From Chrysomallon squamiferum (lineage: Eukaryota; Animalia; Mollusca): a stretch of 64,000 nucleotides of DNA. The translations under genes and the position numbers were made by a program. A model generated the notes under the pieces. It had not been told where the DNA came from, made no database searches, and saw only the letters and a list, made by a program, of their open reading frames with translations. Below are positions 55,577 through 64,000 of this stretch, in pieces. Location: assembly GCA_012295275.1 (NCBI GenBank), contig CM022677.1, positions 14,570,001 through 14,634,000 of the forward strand, read 5' to 3'. Position 1 is the first letter of the stretch. Each line of letters starts with the position of its first letter.

Positions 55577-57229
55577 GTAATTTTTTTTATCTTATTTTTA
55601 TTTCTTAGAGAAAGTGAAATAAATGTTATAGTAACAACTCTTTACTGATTGTGAAATACCATAATAATAATCATTTATTTGCTATTGTTTTTTTAATTAA
55701 TTAAATTAATACCATTATCATCATTATCATTATAATGATTATACAAAGTATATAAAAAAATATCCCGCACCCCTTTGTGTCTGAATAATCCAGTACAATT
55801 TAAATTTTAATAATAACAGAAACATTAGTTATTTATTTATAACAGTTTATTATTATTTTTTATTTTTTATGTTGCTATTAACAATTTTGAAAAAATAAAA
55901 TAAAGAATCAATTGACCATCTCTGCTTACTGTTGTTCAGAATTGACAAATACTCTTTGGGATTTGAAGTTTTTAGTATTTTCATTTTTTGTTTAATAGAT
56001 ATTCTATATTCCCTAACAGCTCTATTTAGTGGCCAAACAAACCCAAACAGTAATGAAGTTGTAAACTTGTATATTTGTTTTCTGAAAATTATTATTATTA
56101 GTGATTTTTTTAGAACCAGTATTATTCTAATAACTAACTTGTTACTATTAGTGTCTTTTAAATAGTTGCTTATGATTTGGATAAATATTTGTATTTATAT
56201 TCACTTAATGTTTTCTCTTAATTTCAAGGTCTGCCCTCTTTGTTTTTATATAGCTTTAGAATCAGTAATTTAAATAACTTTAAATTTATTTATAGTTTTA
56301 ATTTATAAAAATGCTCTTAAAACAAGTTTTAGTAGACAGTTGATTATTTTTATTTTATTTATTTTTATTTAATTATTAATCTTTCTGCCTATCTTCTGTC
56401 TATCTATCTGATGTATGTATGTATCTATCTATCATTTATTTATTTTCTTATTATTTTTAATTTATTTAAAATATAATCATACTGAATTACATAATATTCA
56501 CGTTAATTATTATCAACCTTTTCATTATTTTATGTAAAATAACAACCTACTGAATAATTTAGTGTTCTGTATTTTCATTATTTTTTAAACTAGGTTTTAA
56601 ATTTATCAGGAAACAGTTTTGGACCCCAGGCTTTCCAATCTGTGTGTTTGGCAGTGTGTTCTAACACAACAGTGATCTTCCTTAGCCTCACCACCAACAA
56701 AACAGACACTGAGAGTGCTGTGAGTAATCTTAATTATAACTGTTACAAAATCTTTTATAATAATAATAATAATAATAATAATAAAACCAGTTTAAAGAAT
56801 TCCATATTCATTACATAATGCTTATACCAATAACAAGAAATTATTTTTATATTTATATATGTATAATTATGAGAAAAAAATCATATTTTCTCTTCTTCTT
56901 CTTCTTCTTCTTATTATTATTATTTGTGTTGTTCTTGGTATTGTTATTATTATTATTAGTAGTATTATTATTATATTGTCACTGTTATTGTTATTATTAT
57001 TAGTAGTAGTAGTAGTAATTAGTATATGTAATTATCCAGTATTATCAGTTAGCTACTAATATTGCTAAGTCTGCTACTACCACTGTTACTACTATTATTC
57101 TACTAACAAAAAACAATTACTAACAGTGACTTTCAACACACTAAATCGATTACCAATTATTATTATATATCTATTTACCACTATGTGTGTTACTGCTATT
57201 TCTGTTGCTACTTATACTACAAATGTTAT

Positions 57230-57247
57230 TTTTACCACTTATTACAT

Positions 57248-57292
<45 letters not shown>

Positions 57293-57770
57293 TACTGCTA
57301 CTACTACTACTATGGTGTCTGCAGTTATTTACTACCTCTCTGTATTGTATCTACTTGTACTGTACAACCTAAGCTAATTCTACCACAGTTATCACTATTA
57401 CTGTTACTGCTACAGTTACCACTATTACTACTACTAGTATGGTTATTACTAATAATATTCACAAACTATTACCACTACTACTACAACTAGTACTGTTTCT
57501 ACTACTACTACGACTATTACCGCTGTTACTATTACTAGTACTGTTACTACTGATATTACAGTTATTACCACTATTAATGCTACTAGTACTTTACCACTAT
57601 TACTACTATTAGTATTGATACTACAACTATGAATTCTGCTGCTGCTGTTACTACTATTACTACTACTACAACTACTGCTGTGGCAACTACTCAACCACTG
57701 TTACTAGTTCTGTTGCTGTTATTACCACAACTGCTACCACTGCTGTTGATATCTATTACTACTGTTAAAA
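57230..57770. repeat. (ACT)n-derived low-complexity tract
   Basis: Pure and degenerate TAC/ACT trinucleotide repeats. Confidence 0.9.
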
Positions 57771-58033
57771 CATCTACTAATTACATTTTAATAATAACAA
57801 ATAGATAAGTGTTAACAATTTGTGTTAATAGTTTTTACTACTAATACACACAACTTGAGTGTTTTGTTTCTAGATCAAAATGTTGTTGGCAAACAGGAAT
57901 ATTTCGATGTGTTGAGTAATTCTCTAGGAAATGATTATTTCTCTCATTGTGTCAGTCCAGCTCTTAAAACTCTCAGGTTTTCTTCTTATTATTCATGTCA
58001 TTTTATTAACTTTTCTTTATCTGCCAGTATTTC

Positions 58034-58119
<86 letters not shown>

Positions 58120-58337
58120 ACTGATACTCTGTCTCTCTTACTGTCTTTCTCTTTCTCTCTCTCCTCTAAGAAACCTTAGCTTCAAGAATCTTAATTTATC
58201 ATTATATATTTTAAAATTTATTAACTTTCTTATTTATTTATTTATCTATTTATTTATACTGGTTTTATTAATATAAATGTGTATTTCTCTCTAATTTCAG
58301 AGCTATTTTCTGATAATGTAGATTCTGCACATTGTGA

Positions 58338-58397
<60 letters not shown>

Positions 58398-58529
58398 GTT
58401 TTTATTTGTTTTTATTACCAGCTGGGATCACTTAATCTTGTATTCAGTTTTTTATCTGAATGATGCAAAAGTTAATAACCAAACACTTACAGTTGATGGT
58501 AAATTTAGATTTGTAAAATATATTTATAT

Positions 58530-58602
<73 letters not shown>

Positions 58603-58718
58603 CATACACACACGTTTATTTCATTCTGTAACTATCTAGATTTGACAAATTTCTCATTATTATATTTTTTCAACTTTTTTCTTTTTCTGCTGTTAATACT
58701 GTTTTTCATTTTTTTCAG

Positions 58719-58899
58719 ATATTCCAGATTCCAAATCAGTCACAAGTTCTCTACAGGAATTAAGTCTGAACTCCAGTTGTTTAACCAACCAGCTGTTTGA
58801 GTTTCCATGGAAAACTCCTTTCTTTGAAACATGTGGACATTGGAAATTGTCCTGATCTTTCTGTATCTGTCATTGACGATTTAGTTAAACTTATTTCAG
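58719..58899 (+). pseudogene. Leucine-rich-repeat (F-box/LRR-like) exon, frameshifted
   Basis: Bounded by AG/GT. SLQELSLNSSCLTNQLF / LSLKHVDIGNCPDLSVSVIDDLVKL fits the LxxLxLxxCxxL pattern. Confidence 0.5.
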
Positions 58900-59264
58900 G
58901 TAATTGTTTTTTAAATTTTATAAATTTTTATAATATTTGAATAATTATTCTACATATAATCCTAATCTTTCTCAATCTGACATAGACAATTTAGTTAAAC
59001 CATATGCTAAGAATATTAAACTAAACTTTTTATTATGAAATAATTTTATGTAGATATTTTTAATGTATATAAATATTTTGTTTTGTTATATATTTGTAGT
59101 TGTATTAATTATCATGTATTTGTTATTAAGTATCTACATATGTATAAACTGCTTGTTTCCTTTTTGCTTTTGTTCTCATGTTCTCTGTCTCTGAGTCTGT
59201 CTTTCTGCCTTTTACAATTAATTTTGTAAGTTTAGCTTTACTTATATTTATATTCCTGAGAGTG

Positions 59265-59790
59265 AGTGTGTGTGTGTGTGTGTGTGTGTATCAGCAATAG
59301 AGATAATTGCTGATAATAGTCTGTGTGTGTGTGTGTGTATCAGCAATGGTGAAAACTACTATTCTGATCAGTGTGTGTGTGTGTATCAGCAATAATGAAA
59401 ATTAGTATTCTGATAAGTGTGTGTGTGTGTGTGTATCAGCAATAGAGATAATTGCTACTCTGATAATAGTGTGTGTCTGTGAGTGAGTGTGAGTGATATT
59501 CTGATAATAGTACGTATCTGTGTGTGCATGTGTATGTGTGTGTGTATATATCAGCAATAGTGATAATTGCTACTCTGCTAATTGTATGTGTGTGTGAGTG
59601 TCTCAGCAATAGTGATAATTGCTACAATGTGTGTGTTTGTCAGCAATATTCATGACTCTGATAATAGTCTGTGTGCGTGTGTATGTTTGAGTGTATCAGC
59701 AACAGTGATAAGTGCTACTCTGAGAATAATATGTGTATGTGAGATAATTTGTATCACTGATAATAGTGTGTGTGTGTGTCAGCAATACAG
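59265..59790 (+). repeat. Minisatellite of ~45-60-bp units containing (TG)n
   Basis: Repeated tcagcaatagtgataattgctactctgataatagt followed by (tg)n. Confidence 0.85.
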
Positions 59791-59797
59791 AAAATTG

Positions 59798-60190
59798 CAG
59801 ACTTCAATTGAAACAAGCTGATGCTGGTAAAAACACTTTGTCTGCTGTGCTTCCAAACAAAACCACTTGGCAGATGACTATGATGGCTCTACATGACTGT
59901 GACAAAGACAACAGCCAGGAAGTTGAGCAGCAGGTAACATCTGAGCTTGCTGCTCTGAGAATGAAGCTGGATGTGAAGATTAAGAAAACAGAGAGAAGAA
60001 AACAAAGGCTGTAGCTGCAGCAGAACAAGATGAGACTCTGGAAGGCAGCATTCATGAGAGTGATGTGTCGCCATAGTGACAGTCCTGTACCTGATTCAGA
60101 GTGGATCAATGGACACAGGTCCCTGTCCCCTACTTCATCATCACAAAATCCAGGCCATTTTCCAGAGAAGGGATACAAGAGACTGTCTTA
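59798..60190 (+). pseudogene. CAMSAP: CAMSAP/Patronin CC1-region fragment, copy 4
   Basis: NKTTWQ...QQVTSELAALRMKLDVKIKKTERRKQRL*LQQNKMRLWKAAFMRV. It carries the same TAG as copy 1. Confidence 0.8.
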
Positions 60191-60233
60191 ATGAAGCCAT
60201 AATCAAGCAAACTAAATTTTAAATTTTATAAAT

Positions 60234-60266
<33 letters not shown>

Positions 60267-60756
60267 TTTTTTTTTTTTTACTATTATTATAGACATACAT
60301 ATTTTCATTTTCATTTTCTTTAAAATAAAAATTACTGCAAATCTGTTTTAAAAAATACTTGGTTTTAACAGTGCTCAAATTATTTTTTAATCTGATTAAT
60401 TTCAGCTATTTTCAAACATCTTTTAATATTAATAACATTAATATAAAATCAAGACAAAAATATGATAATAATCATTAAAATAATCCAATTAATCATTTTG
60501 TTTTTTATTCTATTTTTATATTATTTTTGAAAAGACAACAGCAAACAAAACACTTGGAACTTGCATTTATTTATACATAAACAAGGACACTGTCTTTCAC
60601 ATGCAGCAGTTATTTGACAACAAACACATTAACTCTTTCTCACAGATAACATGTACGTACCAACTCATCCTTTCACATTCACATCAGTCTATCTGTCTCT
60701 CTATGTCTGCATCTATTTCTCCTACCTCTGGAAACATACAAAACATAAATTTCCTT

Positions 60757-60812
<56 letters not shown>

Positions 60813-63214
60813 CTGTTCATCTGTTTCTCTACCAATCCATACATTCTATACAGCTTTAACAATTTTTTATGTACATCTCCCTAACAGTTTATATGCTTTC
60901 TGTGTATCTCCTATAAAACTTATTGTTTCAGTGTCGTATTTCATTTTAAAATTAAGTATTTCAAATTACTTTTGCAATGTTGATTGTAAAATTGTTTTAG
61001 TTTTAGAAACTTTCACAAAAATAAATAAATAAATAAATATAGATAATTATTTATGATGACAACTGAAATCAAACTAATTAAAATTACAATAATAATAATA
61101 ATAATAAATTATTTTCTATTATTTATGAAAATAATAATTAATGCACATTTTCAGGACCCTAGATCTATCACTGAAGGCTCTGTAAGTTTCATCTACCTAG
61201 AAAACAAGTTCCTGAGGCTAAGATAATGGTTAATAAAAAACAGAGGAAAAGGTGAACATTTTGTATCATTATTTTTCCTGAATCTACATTTTGCTTTATA
61301 AACTGCGCTGCTGGATAAGCTTAATGGCTTCTTTTTTAAATTGTTTATTATATATATATGTATATATATGTGTGTGTTTTAATACCTGGCAAAGTTTATA
61401 TGAATAAAAATGAGATATGATTAAGAACCAACGTGTTATTTTCTTTATTTGTACGGCGTTATGCAATTTTAATCAGTGAGATGTTGACAATGTATTTATA
61501 TCATATTTAATTTGCGTGAGGGTAGATTTCTCAAGGTAATTTGAGACTACTGGATGGGATTTACGTTTATATTTACTACCAGCTGTGCAGCTTATACGAT
61601 TAAATTAAGACTGAGGCGGAAATTACGTTCCATCTTAGTAAAAGTACCGCTGTTTACATCGATATTTTATTAAGATTTACCTCTGATTTGCATCATAACA
61701 AATGTTGATAATATATATAAAATTGTCAGTATAATCTTGAGTACAGCTAAAGGAATATTATCGGTTTTTCAAGAATAATCGTATTAGAGTTAATAACAGC
61801 AAATGTTGCCGTTCAGTTTCAAATTACCTGTGAAAACTGATCTCATGTTGAAAACATAAACATGCCTGTCCTCCTGAACTAGTGTTTTATGAGATATGAG
61901 GATATTTTTAGTTAGCTAGAAGAACTATATCATTTGTTTCATCCTATTACAACATAACAATAATGTCTTTATTATCAAGTAAATATTAATGTTTCTTCTC
62001 CAGTTATCAATACAATCTCACCAGAAGCTTTTAAAATATCGGATTGAACTGAACTGATTAACACAATACAGACATATAGATAGATAGATGGATAGACAGA
62101 CCGACAGAGAGATTAAAATGACCAATAAAAGAAAAGATGTTAAAAGCGAGGTTAATATGATATTATATTATAATGCATATACAAACATTTTCTTACAAGT
62201 TCATTTGCCTATGAAATATAAAATGTATATCTATATCCATCCCTAGCTATCTTCATGTATCTGTCTATTATTTAACTACATACATTTCAACTTATGTATA
62301 TATCCATCATCTAAGGCAAACGGGTATAACCAGATGCTTTTTTTTTTCTGTGTGTGTGTGTCTGTATATCTATTGATAACTGTTTCTTTTTTCAGAAATA
62401 ATATCTGAAATAAAGAGATTAACGATAAAAATGACAACGTAACTACAATCATACTAATTAAAATGATAAATAAAATTACAATTAAGAAACAATACTGAAA
62501 CAAGTGAAAAAGAAAAGAGTAAGAAAGGAAATAAAATTATTTCAGGCGTATATTTATCATAAAGAAACAATTATATTAAATAGAAATAAAAAATAATATA
62601 TAGGTTAAATAAAATCATTTTAGTGAATTCAGTAAATTGAGTGAATGATCTGTATTCAGCAGACTTATGATGTCATTAATAATCATTGAAAAAATATATA
62701 TTTCTATGTGATTTCTTTTTGTTATTTTGTTATTTTTTATTATTTTTACTTCACACTCAGTCTTTATTGTATATTTTCTAACGTGTTAAATAGAGTTATT
62801 TCCCGAAGGCCACAAACTTCTGAAATAGATTATTCCGCATATGCGATGCGACGGTAAATTAGATTTAAAATAACTAATTGTGTATAATGCTTTGTAACAG
62901 ACAGCACCAGCTTAATAACATTCCTTGCGTTTTCTTTGTCTTCTAAATAACCAGTTTACTTTAGTTTTGATTTATTTAATGTATTGTTATCATTTATTTA
63001 ATGTTTTTATTCAAGTTAATTTATTTCTTTTCGATTTGTCTCTTTAAAAACAATGAATTTATTTACAAATTATTTTTATATGAAATTTGTTGTATATTTA
63101 CGCATATACAATACACCATATTTAGGACAATATTTGAAAGCTATTTAATAATACTTCATCTAATTTACAAATCATAAAAAGTTGAGAAAATAGACGTAAA
63201 ATAGTTGAAATTGG

Positions 63215-63330
63215 AAGTTCAAAAACCCGATCAGACGGTTTCCGAGCGATCACGGAAACTTCCGATCGAAATCCAAAATGGCAGCGTCGAACGCCGATCA
63301 GTGTTCATAAACTTTTAAACATCCAGTCAA
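63215..63330 (+). promoter_or_regulatory. CpG-rich promoter/first-exon remnant (ETS + YY1-like), paralog of 35290-35400
   Basis: cggaaacttccg (opposed ETS cores), then aaaATGGCAGCG at 63278 (MAASNADQCS*). Confidence 0.45.
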
Positions 63331-63556
63331 GTCTATATGGATTATTAAAAATAATTTGAGAAAATAATTAATATAACTAATGCCGTTTATACGTATATGC
63401 CTATTACTGAGCAGTAATTGCTGCAAAGGTCGAAACCAATTTTTAATTTAATAATTATTTTCTTGGGGGGGGGGACTTTGACGTCATACTATCTCGTACC
63501 CATTTCGTACTAGATTTTTATTTTCCAGATATTATTTCGATGTCTCCAGCCAAAAA

Positions 63557-63615
<59 letters not shown>

Positions 63616-64000
63616 TTTTCACTGACGCTGGTGGATGAATGTTCTCATTAGACACATAATGTGAACACTTACTCTGCTAAAACTCCATAGCGGACAGTGC
63701 TGAGTACGTAGTTGTAAAACAATACTTGAGACCATTATATTTTTATTTTAATATTTATTTTTATTTTCAATACATTAGAGGTGGTACTTACGTGGAAAAA
63801 GGAAACTGATCGCGTGTTATAGAGAAAGAAAGACGGAGATATTGATAGACTGATAGACAGATCAGTAGAAGTTAAATGAATTGAGAGATGTAGATGAATT
63901 TAGGTAGACAGGTGAACATAACAATGTCGATTTATCTATTCTGTGTTTTCTTCTTTCTGTCATGTGTGTTTGTGTGCCAGGCTGAGAGTGTAGACATACA

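Larger units (their letters stand above)
49600..55860 (-). repeat. Colinear inverted segmental duplication of 23350-19570 and 15430-13260
   Basis: Ordered reverse-complement matches: 49600-50020 with 22915-23350; 50375-51170 with 21900-22500; 51640-53105 with 19570-20640; 53500-55860 with 13260-15430. Confidence 0.85.

Overview
AT-rich, microsatellite-dense animal DNA (probably an invertebrate, perhaps a mollusc; inference only), in three contigs joined by two 200-N gaps (9003-9202, 44394-44593). I could not identify any intact protein-coding gene. The window is a mosaic of segmental duplications, many inverted: 967-5590 vs 44594-47774, 13260-15430 plus 19570-23350 vs 49600-55860, and 34750-36470 vs 62100-63790. 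These blocks carry four decayed, partly exon-scrambled copies of CAMSAP/Patronin, two prolyl 4-hydroxylase alpha fragments, TSP1 and LRR exons, hAT and Tc1/mariner deletion derivatives, a tRNA-derived SINE and several satellites. The most notable item is a single-copy endogenous parvovirus-like element at about 23690-26400. It keeps a Y-shaped terminal hairpin (73-bp stem, two C(TTCG)G ears), followed directly by an E-box/TATA promoter and a degraded capsid (VP) gene of about 780 codons. I found no PLA2 motif and no NS1, which suggests an ambisense or segmented PLA2-less parvovirus lineage. All protein assignments come from manual translation and motif recall, not database searches.
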